NCBI GenBank assembly: GCA_950097015.1
Contig: CATNEN010000001.1
Coordinates: forward strand, 18,972,001-19,036,000
Source of the DNA: Macrostomum hystrix
Taxonomy: Eukaryota; Animalia; Platyhelminthes
Direction: 5' to 3'
DNA: 64,000 nt
Shown here one piece after another: positions 48,820-62,000 of the stretch; position 1 is the first letter of the stretch; the number at the start of each line of letters is the position of its first letter. A program made the position numbers and the translations under genes. Under the pieces are notes generated by a model that did not search any database, was not told the DNA's origin, and worked only from the letters and a program-made list of their open reading frames with translations.

Positions 48820-49428
48820 TCAGGCTGGACTGGCCACAGCAGCAGACTGGACGGTGTCAAAGTTGCCATCAAGCTGTCGCTGCTGACCCGCGCCAGACAC
48901 GCTGCAGTAGAGTTTGAAGCCGAGCACAACCTGCAAATCGAGTAGAGACCAGTCGCATTTGAAAACCTGTTACGAGCAGCAAGCAGGCAGTCCTGAAAGT
49001 CTGGGTGCCCCTACCTGCACGATGGCCGTCAAGATCTCCAGCCCGAAGACGATATGAGACATCATGTCATAGGGAATTATGAAGCCGAAGAACCGCAAGC
49101 CAGTGCTGAAATTGACGCCTATAGCGGCGGCAGCCAGGAAGGCAGACAGGACACTCAGGAGCATACTGCCGAAGATGAAGAAAAACATTTTGGCGTCGAC
49201 GCGAGTCACTGCAATCGCCAGGCTTCCTGCGGCAAAGAAGAACGGCCCGGTCCATAGGCCGGAGTAGGTCTCCGTTTCGGGATCGATGCGGACTAGGACT
49301 AGACCGATGTTAACGATGGTCAGGAATAATCCCAGAGCTATCTGAACACAGCCAGCCATCTTGAAAGGTTTCAGCATTCCTAGCACAGTCTTCTGGACAT
49401 CACTGATGAGCAACTGTCTCTGGAACAT
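48820..49428 (-). CDS. MS4A/CD20-like four-transmembrane protein, copy 2 (174 aa)
   Basis: Exons 49428-49015, 48930-48820; paralog of 27968-28563 with intact frame and splice sites. Confidence 0.78.
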
Positions 49429-49769
49429 TGCTGGGACTCGAAATTAGAGACAAGATCAAGAAGGAATGCTGAAAAGCGAAATCTGCAGGTGACTCGGCTG
49501 TACCTGGCTTTCACTAGCAGGGCAAAACTTTTGAGCTTTTTTATTTTCTTATCACAGTCAGATAAACAGTCAGAGCTAATTTGTGTCGATAAGCGTTTGA
49601 TTTGCTAAGTTTAGGACGGAGAGGCCTGAATTACATTTTTTTAGTCTTGAGCTATATTAATTCAAGCCCTTTACCTGGGGCCTACCTAGCTCGTAGACCC
49701 GTTTGCTTATGACAAAAAGTTTGCTAGACCCATTTTTATCGAGAGGAATACATTAGGAGAAAGTGGAAT

Positions 49770-50147
49770 ATGAGAGAGATAAGACAGGGGAGAGATGAGA
49801 CAGGGGAGAGATGAGACAGGGGAGAGATGAGACAGGGAGAGATGAGACAGGGGAGAGATGAGACAGGGGAGAGATGAGACAGGGGAGAGATGAGACAGGG
49901 GAGAGATGAGACAGGGGAGAGATGAGACAGGGGAGAGATGAGACAGGGAGAGATGAGACAGGGGAGAGATGAGACAGGGGAGAGATGAGACAGGGGAGAG
50001 ATGAGACAGGGGAGAGATGAGACAGGGGAGAGATGAGACACGGGAGAGATGAGACAGGGGAGAGATGAGACAGGGGAGAGATGAGACACGGTAGAGATGA
50101 GACACGGTAGAGATGAGACAGGGGAGAGATGAGACAGGGGAGAGATA
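49770..50147 (+). repeat. 16-bp minisatellite, copy 2 (fewer units than copy 1)
   Basis: (aggggagagatgagac)n. Confidence 0.95.
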
Positions 50148-50867
50148 AACCTAAATAAACAGCCAGAGCTCATTCGAAATGAATTTACACTGCAGTTCGT
50201 GTCGATAAGCGCTTCAGTTGCTAAGTTAGGACAGAGTAGGTCAGAGAGGCCTGAAGAGTGTTTTAAAAAGGCTCGAGCTATATGAATTTCAGCCGCATAG
50301 GAAAACTGCAGGGGAATTGGAAGATCTTTTATGATGGGAAGATTTTGGGAAAAGAGGGGCAATATGTTAGGATAGTAGGGACGATTTAGGAACCAGAATC
50401 TTTGAGTCAAGCAAGCGCAGCATAGGCTGAATGTTGCCATGAACTCTTGAAACTAGATCCCAGCATCCAGTCTCCAGTTTCTACTAAGGTAGATTCAGAG
50501 TTCCGTGAGTAAACAGACGTAAGCTGCAAATGAGGTGGGGGAGACACGACTAGACTATAAAGTCTGGTAGGCAGGTAAGTGGAGTCTTTTAATGCTGCAT
50601 CTAAACTAGTAAAACAATGTCGCCAATCCTGCCTGGCGATAGGTGTGAGATAATCAGCCTGCTGGGGGGCTTTAAAAATAGCGAGAGAAAAGAAGCACCT
50701 GTGCACATTGCACCCCACCTCCAACATCTCTGTCCTGTGTGTACACTTTTTGGTAAGCCTGAAAAACTCAACCGTACAGTTCCTTTAAGAAAAGGCTCAG
50801 CTACAGCTGCGAAAAAAACTAGCTAAGCAACAGACGTTTCTCGCCCTCGGATAGACATTGTGGCCAG

Positions 50868-52194
50868 ATGGAGTGGCGCTGGACCTACAAGCCACCGCCA
50901 GCCGACTCCGTTCTGTGGCGCAACGCCTGTGCAATTAGCGACCTACCTGGCCTGGACTGGCTTGTAGCCGATGCAGCTGGCAACCGCCTGTTGTACTTTT
51001 CCAGCTCTGGGCTGCCACAACGGGACTACCAGGTGCGACTCGGCGACAACTTTTCACCTGCCGGCGTTGTCCAGGTGAGACTAAAGGAATCAGTGAAGAA
51101 TGGGAGGAATCTCTGAAGGATGTGAGGAATCTCTGAAGGATGTGAGGAATCTCTGAAGGATCTGAGGAATTACTGAAGGATGGGTGGAATCACTGAAGGA
51201 TGGGAGGAATCACTGAAGGGTGGGAGGAATCACTGAAGGATGGGTGGAGTCACTGAAGGATCTGAGGAATTACTGAAGGATGGGTGGAATCACTCAAGGG
51301 TGGGAGGAATCACTGAAGGGTGGGAGGAATCACTGAAGGGTGGGAGGAATCACTGAAGGGTGGGAGGAATCACTGAAGGATGGGTGGAGTCACTGAAGGA
51401 TCTGAGGAATTACTGAAGGGTGGGAGGAATCACTGAAGGAGGAAAGGCATTGCTGAAGACTGGGAAGGATTAGAGACGTTTTTGCCTCATTCTGCCTCTA
51501 TGGGCATTCTGTTCTGAACCTGTAATTTCAGGTGACAAATCATGCTCTGTGGGTTACAGACTGGCGCTCCGGCCGCGTCGAGTGTCTCAGTGTCTTTGGC
51601 CATCATCTGGGCCAGGCGCCGCCCCTCCCGGATGGCGCCTGTCGCTCGCCAACAGACATCTGTGCCACCCGCGAAGGTCACCTACTGCTTGCTGACATGA
51701 CCTCTAGCCGAATTTATCGCTTAGACGCCGAGGGCCGCTACCTCGCTACAATTGAGCTTGGCTTAGGCAGTCGGCCCATGCGGCCTGCCTACCTAGATAG
51801 TTGCCATGACAACGGCTTGATTGCAGTGTCCGACATTGAGAACGGCCGGGCCGCCGTGCTCAGCCCTCGCGGCGAGCTGCTGGCCTTCCTGAGGGCTGCG
51901 AGCCCATTGAACGAGCCTCAGCAGCCGCTGGCTGTGCGTTTCGACTCTGCTGGACGTCACGTGCTGCTATGCGACTCCGGAGCGCACAGGATTGCCCGAC
52001 ACAGCCTAGAGGGCGCCTTCATAGACGCTCCAATCAGCGGCGATCAGCTGAAGCCAGACTCTGTCGAGAACTCGACCTGGCGACCGCGCGGCCTGGCGTG
52101 TAGCCGATCTGCCACCATTGGCGGAGTTTGTGTTGTTTCTGCTGGTGGCAGTCGGGGCCTCGACAGTTTGCACTGCTTCGGCCCGATAGCCTAG
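50868..52194 (+). CDS. Stand-alone NHL-repeat beta-propeller protein, copy 2
   Basis: Exons 50868-51074, 51532-52194; differs from copy 1 by K>N and D>E plus two silent changes seen. Confidence 0.85.
51085..51442 (+). repeat. 20-bp minisatellite in NHL intron, copy 2
   Basis: Same unit as 30455-30890, different array. Confidence 0.92.
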
Positions 52195-52515
52195 GACAGA
52201 TCTCTGAGTTGAAGATGCACCCATGCACCTTCAGTCAAACGAGTGGGCATTTTGCGGGCAGTAGCCTCGGGAAACAAGAGTAATTGAGCACGAGGTTGTC
52301 TGTCAGAAACCATCGAGGTTGATATATTCCGTGAATATCTCATATACCTGATCGTGAAAGTCTTAGACCATTTCATCCCGATAAATGTAAATCTGTCTGT
52401 GAATAATACACTTTGTTGCGACATTCATTTAATGGACTAGTGCTTATTAGCACCAGTACTGTTGTGCGCTCCCGTAAAGTACTTATATATTCCATTTTCA
52501 GTTGTCTTAGCTCAC

Positions 52516-54030
52516 ACAACAACAACAACAAAGTACGCTGTCATAATCAAGTTGCAGCGTCAGAAGGCGTGCCTCAGGGCCTGGGCGCGAATGTCCGGGG
52601 CGCGGGCGTCTGCTAGCAGGCAGTCGACGAAGCGCCGGGTGCGCGCCTGCCCTCGCCGGTAGGGTGCCTGCAGCGTGAGCAGCAGCACCTCCTGCATAGG
52701 CTGTGGGCAATACGCTTCGGCGCGGATGAGGTGGCCCGCCAGCTGAAGTCGCCGGCGGCACAACAACTCGTTTGGACGAGCAAGGCCGGCGCGGCGATAG
52801 ACTGCCGCATTGGTGGTGTGGTCATAGCCGAGTTTAAAGGCAGCGCGCAGCAAACCAGCGTGCGCCGCGTCGATTTGACGTTCCCGCGTCTCTGTCAGAG
52901 TCCAGGTCTCGGCGTTGTAAAGCAGGACGGTTACAAAGACCGCCTGGAACAACGCCGCCCGCTGGCGGTCAGGTAGGGCTTCGGACTGCAGGATAGCCCT
53001 CACTGAGGTGAGCGGAAGGCTGCCCAGGCAAGCTCGCGGCGACGCCACAGATCTTCGCGGACGTCAGGCACCAGATCGCCGAGATAAACTAACTGCTGAC
53101 AGCGCGGAAGCACCGTTACCTGCCCGTCAGCGCCTTGGCAGAGGATCGGCTTTTATGTCGTCCGGTACGCAGAGCACGACGGGCTTTTGCGTGTTGACCA
53201 CCAAGCCGACACTCGCCGCAATCCTAACTAGCCTGTCCAGCTGGCGTTGGGCGCCCTCGACGGTCGAGGACTGCAGGGAGAGATCGTCGGCGTAGCCAAG
53301 AACGCTAAAGCCGCCTCTCCGGTTGGCGTCGTCCAACGCGTCGCCGCAGCAGAAAGCCGTCGTCGTCAGTCGGCAGAGCAGTCCGTAGCACCCATTCTAG
53401 CACCAGGATGAACAAAAACGGCGCCAGCGTGTCCCCCTGAAGCACTCCGGAGGACGTGTCAAAGGAGTCCGATAGGCCGTCCGGCGTCATCACAGCAGCT
53501 TTCGTCTGATGGTACATCGCAATCATGGCGGAAACCAGCTGCTCTGGCACGTTGTACGCTCGGAGCACCAGGTAGAGCGCGGCCCTCATGACCGAATCGA
53601 AGGCCTTCCTGAAATCTACGAAGATCAGGATTAGGATCGACTGGCGGTTGCGTGCTTCTTCGATAACTCTGCGAAGAGCCAGGATCTGAGCCACTTTGCC
53701 ACGATGGGGCCGGAACCCGTTCTGCTCGGTCCGCAGGTAGGGATCCAGCACGGGCTGCAACCGCGATAACAGCACCCGGTGAACAGCTTCGCAGCGCAGG
53801 ACTGTAAGCAGATGCCTCTGTGCTCCTCCAGCCTTGTGGTGCCCGGCTTCTTTGGGATAGCGACGATGTGCGCCATGGTCCATTCTTTGGGGGCCTCCTC
53901 ACCGAAAAGCACACGGTTCATCACTCTAGCGACCTCGTTGGCCACACAGTAGAGACGCAGTGCTTCGATGGGCACCTCGTCAGGACCAGAGCCTTGCCGC
54001 CCGGTGACTTTTGGGCCAGCTTCACGACAC
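52516..54030 (-). mobile_element. 5'-truncated, frameshifted RTE-clade non-LTR retrotransposon (reverse transcriptase and C-terminal region)
   Basis: EQNGFRPHR, FVDFRKAFDSV, SGVLQGDTLAPFLF, LGYADDL, VLLYNAETWTLT, RRRLQLAGH across four broken ORFs; (ttg)n tail. Confidence 0.92.
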
Positions 54031-54134
54031 TTCGCTGTCTTTGCTTGGTCCTGCCGCAGTTGTCCACCGCAGCAGTTAAGCGCAGCTCTCCGACTTCACC
54101 ACTAGGAGGTTGCGGCATATACTTGCACCGAGGT

Positions 54135-54230
54135 GCAAATATAATAAGTCTGCAAATATAATAAGTCTGCAAATGTAAAAAGACTGCAAATATAATAAGT
54201 CTGCAAATATAATAAGTCTGCAAATATAAA
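54135..54230 (+). repeat. Short 17-bp tandem repeat (aaatataataagtctgc)
   Basis: About 5 units. Confidence 0.8.
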
Positions 54231-54254
54231 AAGTATAACACATAGCTCACACAT

Positions 54255-54498
54255 CACACTGATACTGTACGCAGGCACACGCTCACACAGGTGTGCACAT
54301 CTGCCCTGACTTTCTCATCGTCAGGCAGTGTACACTCTCACTGTGCCTTGGGGATTGGCCCTCAAGGGCGTAAATTGCACGACAAGCCCCCAAGCGTTCT
54401 CTCCGCGGCTGCTCGCTAATTTAATGTGGCCTCGCCGCGGAATCGAGCTCAGGGACATTGGCGAGACGCTAATGATTTAACCGCTCTGCCACGCACCC
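54255..54498 (-). mobile_element. SINE family A, 3'-truncated copy
   Basis: gatactgtacgcaggcacacgctcacacaggtgtg..aaccgctctgccac matches 14980-15160. Confidence 0.8.
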
Positions 54499-54930
54499 CC
54501 TTTCAGTTGTCTTTCAAATGCCTCCGTTCGGAACCACAGACAGGTCCAAGTGATGTATGCAAACAGCGGGACCGCAAGCAAGCAAGTGTACACTACCCTC
54601 TCGCCGGCTCACAAAAAACTCGACAAGCACCACCCATCGCTGAAGCTGCACGTAGAGAAGTGGTCAGAGCGCGGTGGCCAATTGACAGCCCCAAAAACTA
54701 CTCGCCCAGTGTGCCAAAGAGCCAGTGCAAAACAGAAGCGTTTAGGCTGGCTATTGTCCATCGGCATCCAGCGTTTTGTCTCTCTCTCTCTTTCTCATCG
54801 CTGTCAGCGTAAAGCTTTTTTTCTTTGCACAACTGGCTCACACAACACACATAAGACTGGTGGACCGGCTACTAACCCGACAGATCGCAGGTAATCTGCT
54901 AGCGAAACAAGCAAGACATCATATAGGAAG

Positions 54931-55576
54931 ATGTCGACCACACCCGGCGGTGGAACGTTTCGCGGCATCGAGGACATGACCGAGGAGCAGGTGAATGACA
55001 TGAAGGAGATTTTCGGCCTGTTCGACAAGGACAACTCGGGCTCCATCACCACCCAGGAGCTGGGCGCGGTCATGCGAGCTCTTGGACAAAATCCCACCGA
55101 AGCCGAGCTGCAGGACATGATCGGAGAAATCGACATTGACGGCAATGGTATCATCGACTTTGAAGAATTCTGCATCCTCATGGGCAAGCGAATCAAGGAC
55201 ACGGACACCGAGGCCGAGCTCAAGGAGGCCTTCCGGGTGAGTCCGCGGATCTTCTACTTCATCACTGACAACCATGGCCTCTCACCAAGCGATTGCTTGA
55301 ATATTTTTGGAGATACAGAAGAAAGAAAATGGGGGTTTTTGAATTGCACCCCCCTGGTCTCGCACCCTAAGAAACCCGCTTCACTATACTCCAACGCAGG
55401 TATTTGACAAAGACGGCAACGGATTCATATCCCCGGCAGAGCTCAAAGCCGTCATGTGCAACCTGGGCGAGAAGCTCACAGACGAGGAGGTGGAGGAGAT
55501 GATTCGCGAGGCCGACCTCAATGGCGACGGCGAGATCGACTTCCAAGAGTTCATGGCCATGATGGCGAAGCAATAG
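54931..55576 (+). CDS. Calmodulin-like protein, four EF-hands, 160 aa
   Basis: Exons 54931-55236, 55400-55576; loops [48 protein letters not shown]; [14 protein letters not shown]; divergent from canonical CaM with an N-terminal extension. Confidence 0.93.
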
Positions 55577-56029
55577 GCGTTTGGAACTGAGCACGGCATT
55601 CAGCCTGTTTTGCATTTCCTGAACTCACTCAAATGCAAAACCTGTGTTAGATTCGTACTATTAAATAATTTCTTTCTTATTCTTCCAAACTTTTCGCCTG
55701 CATCCGAAGCCGATCTCCATTCTAAAATCCGCCTCTATCCGAAAGTCTTAGCGTCGACATTAAATTACCCCTGTCACAGGTATTTCTCACTCTAATTAAA
55801 CAAAAACTTTTGCTTACTTTTGAAAAATCAATCTGTTCTTGTGGTTCCCAATCTTTCATCGTCTGTGAACTATTTATTATACACAGTAATACCTAATTAC
55901 AGGCTTACTCCTCCTATGGGTTTATTTTACACTGCAAAGATTAATTACAGGATTATATCCACCCTGTGGGGTTAAGTTCAATAAGCGGCTAAGCAAATTG
56001 TTTCTTTCACCCCGTAGCGGCTTGATTCA

Positions 56030-59000
56030 GCCTACTGTCCCACACCCATCTACTGTCCCACACCCATCTACTGTCCCACACCCATCTACTGTCCCACACA
56101 ATCTACTGTCCCACACCCATCTACTGTCCCACATCCATTTACTGTCATCACCCGTATACTGTCCCACACCCATCTACTGTCCCACACCCATCTACTGTCC
56201 CACACAATCTACTGTCCCACACCCATCTACTGTCCCACATCCATTTACTGTCATCACCCGTATACTGTCCCACACCCATCTACTGTCCCACACCCATCTA
56301 CTGTCCCACACAATCTACTGTCCCACACCCATCTACTGTCCCACATCCATTTACTGTCATCACCCGTATACTTTCCCACACCCAACTACTTTCCCACACC
56401 CATTTACTGTTCCACACCCATCTACTGTCCCACACCCAACTACTGCCCTACACAATCTACTGTCCCAAACCCATCTACTGTCTCACACCCATCTACTGTC
56501 CCACACACATCACTGTCCCACACCGATCTACTGTCCCACACCCATCTACTGTCTCACACTCATCTACTGTCCCACACCCATCTACTGTCCCACACCCATC
56601 TACTGTCCCACACCCATTTACTGCCCCACACAATTTACTGCCCCACACCAATCTACTGGCGCACACAATCTACTGTCCCACACCCATCTACTGTCTATCA
56701 CCCGTATACTGTCCCACACCCATCTACTGTCTCACACCCATTTACTGTCCCACACCCATCTACTGTCCCACACCCATCTACTGTCTATCACCCGTATACT
56801 GTCCCACACCCATCTACTGTCTCACACCCATTTACTGTCCCACACCCATCTACTGTCCCACACCCATCTACTGTCCCACACCCATTTACTGCCCCACACA
56901 ATTTACTGCCCCACACCAATCTACTGGCGCACACAATCTACTGTCCCACACCCATCTACTGTCTATCACCCGTATACTGCCCCACACCAATCTACTGGCC
57001 CACACAATCTACTGTCCCACACCCATCTACTGTCCCACACCCATCTACTTTCCCACACCCATCTACTGTCTCACACAATCTACTGCCCCATACCCATCTA
57101 CTGTCCCACACCCATTTACTGCCCCACACAATTTACTGCCCCACACCAATCTACTGGCCCACACAATCTACTGTCCCACACCCATTTACTGTCCCACACC
57201 CATTTACTGTCCCACACCTATCTACTGTCTCACACCCATCTACTGTCTATCACCCGTATACTGTCCCACACCCATCTACTTTCCCACTCCCATCTACTGT
57301 CCCACACCCATTTACTGTCCCACACCTATCTACTGTTCCACACCCATCTACTGTCCCACACCCATTTACTGCCCCACACAATTTACTGCCCCACACCAAT
57401 CTACTGGCCCACACAATCTACTGTCCCACACAATCTACTTTTCCACACCCATCTACTGTCTATCACCCGTATACTGTCCCACACCCATCTACTTTCCCAC
57501 ACCCATCTACTGTCCCACACCCATTTACTGTCCCACACCTATCTACTGTCCCACACCCATCTACTGTCTATCACCCGTATACTGTCCCACACCCATCTAC
57601 TGTCCCACACCCATTTACTGTCCCACACCCATTTACTGCCCCACACCAATCTACTGGCCTACACAATCTACTGTCCCACACCCATTTACTGTCCCACACC
57701 GATCTACTGTCCCACACCCATCTAATGTCTCATACTCATCTACAGTCCCACACCCATCTACTGTCCCACATCCATTTACTGCCCCACACAATTTACTGCC
57801 CCACACCAATCTACTGGCCCACACAATCTACTGTCCCACACCCATCTACTGTCATCACCCGTATACTGTCCCACACCCATTTACTGTCCCACACCGATCT
57901 ACTGTCCCACACCCATCTAATGTCTCATACTCATCTACTGTCCCACACCCATCTACTGTCCCACATCCATTTACTGCCCCACACAATTTACTGCCCCACA
58001 CCAATCTACTGGCCCACACAATCTACTGTCCCACACCCATCTACTGTCATCACCCGTATACTGTCCCACACCCATCTACTTTCCCACACCCATTTACTGT
58101 TCCACACCCATCTACTGTCCCACACCCAACTACTGCCCTACACAATCTACTGTCCCAAACCCATCTACTGTCTCACACTCATCTAATGTCCCACACAATT
58201 TACTGTCCCACACCCATCTATAGTCCCACACCCATTTACTGTTCCACACCCATCTACTGTCCCACACCCATTTACTGCCCCACACAATTTACTGCCCCAC
58301 ACCAATCTACTGGCCCACACAATCTACTGTCCCACACCCATTTACTGTCCCACACCCATTTACTGTCCCACACCTATCTACTGTCTCACACCCATCTACT
58401 GTCTATCACCCGTATACTGTCCCACACCCATCTACTTTCCCACACCCATCTACTGTCCCACACCCATTTACTGTCCCACACCTATCTACTGTCCCACACC
58501 CATCTACTGTCTATCACCCGTATACTGTCCCACACCCATCTACTGTCCCACACCCATTTACTGTCCCACACCCATTTACTGCCCCACACCAATCTACTGG
58601 CCCACACAATCTACTGTCCCACACCCATTTACTGTCCCACACCCATTTACTGTCCCACACCTATCTACTGTCTCACACCCATCTACTGTCTATCACCCGT
58701 ATACTGTCCCACACCCATCTACTTTCCCACTCCCATCTACTGTCCCACACCCATCTACTGTCCCACACCCATTTACTGTCCCACACCTATCTACTGTTCC
58801 ACACCCATCTACTGTTCCACACCCATTTACTGCCCCACACCAATCTACTTTTCCACACCCATCTACTGTCTATCACCCGTATACTGTCCCACACCCATCT
58901 ACTTTCCCACTCCCATCTACTGTCCCACACCCATTTACTGTCCCACACCTATCTACTGTTCCACACCCATCTACTGTCCCACACCCATTTACTGCCCCAC

Positions 59001-62000
59001 ACAATTTACTGTCCCACACCCATCTACTGTCCCACATCCATTTACTGCCCCACACAATTTACTGCCCCACACCAATCTACTGGCCCACACAATCTACTGT
59101 CCCACACCCATCTACTGTCATCACCCGTATACTGTCCCACACCCATCTACTTTCCCACACCCATTTACTGTTCCACACCCATCTACTGTCCCACACCCAA
59201 CTACTGCCCTACACAATCTACTGTCCCAAACCCATCTACTGTCTCACACTCATCTAATGTCCCACACAATTTACTGTCCCACACCCATCTATAGTCCCAC
59301 ACCCATTTACTGTTCCACACCCATCTACTGTCCCACACCCATTTACTGCCCCACACAATTTACTGCCCCACACCAATCTACTGGCCCACACAATCTACTG
59401 TCCCACACCCATTTACTGTCCCACACCCATTTACTGTCCCACACCTATCTACTGTCTCACACCCATCTACTGTCTATCACCCGTATACTGTCCCACACCC
59501 ATCTACTTTCCCACACCCATCTACTGTCCCACACCCATTTACTGTCCCACACCTATCTACTGTCCCACACCCATCTACTGTCTATCACCCGTATACTGTC
59601 CCACACCCATCTACTGTCCCACACCCATTTACTGTCCCACACCCATTTACTGCCCCACACCAATCTACTGGCCTACACAATCTACTGTCCCACACCCATT
59701 TACTGTCCCACACCGATCTACTGTCCCACACCCATCTAATGTCTCATACTCATCTACAGTCCCACACCCATCTACTGTCCCACACCCATTTACTGCCCCA
59801 CACAATTTACTGCCCCACACCAATCTACTGGCCCACACAATCTACTGTCCCACACCCATCTACTGTCATCACCCGTATACTGTCCCACACTCATCTACAG
59901 TCCCACACTCATCAACTGTCCCACACCCATCTACTGTCCCACATCCATTTACTGCCCCACACAATTTACTGCCCCACACCAATCTACTGGCCCACACAAT
60001 CTACTGTCCCACACCCATCTACTGTCATCACCCGTATACTGTCCCACACCCATCTACTTTCCCACACCCATTTACTGTTCCACACCCATCTACTGTCCCA
60101 CACCCAACTACTGCCCTACACAATCTACTGTCCCAAACCCATCTACTGTCTCACACTCATCTAATGTCCCACACAATTTACTGTCCCACACCCATCTATA
60201 GTCCCACACCCATTTACTGTTCCACACCCATCTACTGTCCCACACCCATTTACTGCCCCACACAATTTACTGCCCCACACCAATCTACTGGCCCACACAA
60301 TCTACTGTCCCACACCCATTTACTGTCCCACACCCATTTACTGTCCCACACCTATCTACTGTCTCACACCCATCTACTGTCTATCACCCGTATACTGTCC
60401 CACACCCATCTACTTTCCCACTCCCATCTACTGTCCCACACCCATCTACTGTCCCACACCCATTTACTGTCCCACACCTATCTACTGTTCCACACCCATC
60501 TACTGTTCCACACCCATTTACTGCCCCACACCAATCTACTTTTCCACACCCATCTACTGTCTATCACCCGTATACTGTCCCACACCCATCTACTTTCCCA
60601 CACCCATTTACTGTCCCACACCTATCTACTGTCCCACACCCATCTACTGTCTATCATCCGTATACTGTCCCACACCCATCTACTGTCCCACACCCATTTA
60701 CTGTCCCACACCCATTTACTGTCCCACACCCATCTACTGTCTATCACCCGTATACTGTCCCACACCCATCTACTGTTCCACACCCATCTACTGTCCCACA
60801 CCCAATTACTGCCCCACACAATTTACTGCCCCACACCAATCTACTGGCCCACACAATCTACTTTTCCACACCCATCTACTGTCTATCACCTATCTACTGT
60901 CTCACACCCATCTACTGTCTATCACCCATTTACTGTCCCACACCCATTTACTGTCCCACACCTATCTACTGTCTCACACCCATCTACTGTCTATCACCCG
61001 TATACTGTCCCACACCCATCTACTTTCCCACACCCATCTACTGTCCCACATCCATTTACTGCCCCACACAATTTACTGCCCCACACCAATCTACTGGCCC
61101 ACACAATCTACTGTCCCACACCCATCTACTGTCATCACCCGTATACTGTCCCACACCCATTTACTGTCCCACACCTATCTACTGTCCCACACCCATCTAC
61201 TGTCTATCACCCGTATACTGTCCCACACCCATCTACTTTCCCACACCCATCTACTGTCTCACACAATCTACTGCCCCACACCCATCTACTGTCCCACACC
61301 CATTTACTGTCCCACACCCATTTACTGCCCCACACAATTTACTGCCCCACACCAATCTACTGGCCCACACAATCTACTGTCCCACACCCATTTACTGTCC
61401 CACACCCATTTACTGTCCCACACCTATCTACTGTCTCACACCCATCTACTGTCTATCACCCGTATACTGTCCCACACCCATCTACTTTCCCACACCCATC
61501 TACTGTCCCACATCCATTTACTGCCCCACACAATTTACTGCCCCACACCAATCTACTGGCCCACACAATCTACTGTCCCACACCCATCTACTGTCATCAC
61601 CCGTATACTGTCCCACACCCATCTACTTTCCCACACCCATCTACTGTCCCACACCAATCTACTGTCCCACACCTATCTACTGTCCCACACCTATCTACTG
61701 CCCCACACCTATCTACTGTCCCACACCTATCTACTGTCCTACACCCATCTACTGTCTCACACCCATCTACTGTCTCACACAATCTACTGTCCCACACCAA
61801 TCTACTGTCCCACACCTATCTACTTTTCCACACCTATCTACTGTCTATCACCCGTATACTGTCCCACACCCATCTACTTTCCCACACCAATCTACTGTCC
61901 CACACTCATCTACAGTCCCACACTCATCAACTGTCCCACACCCATCTACTGTCCCACATCCATTTACTGCTCCACACAATTTACTGCCCCACACCAATCT

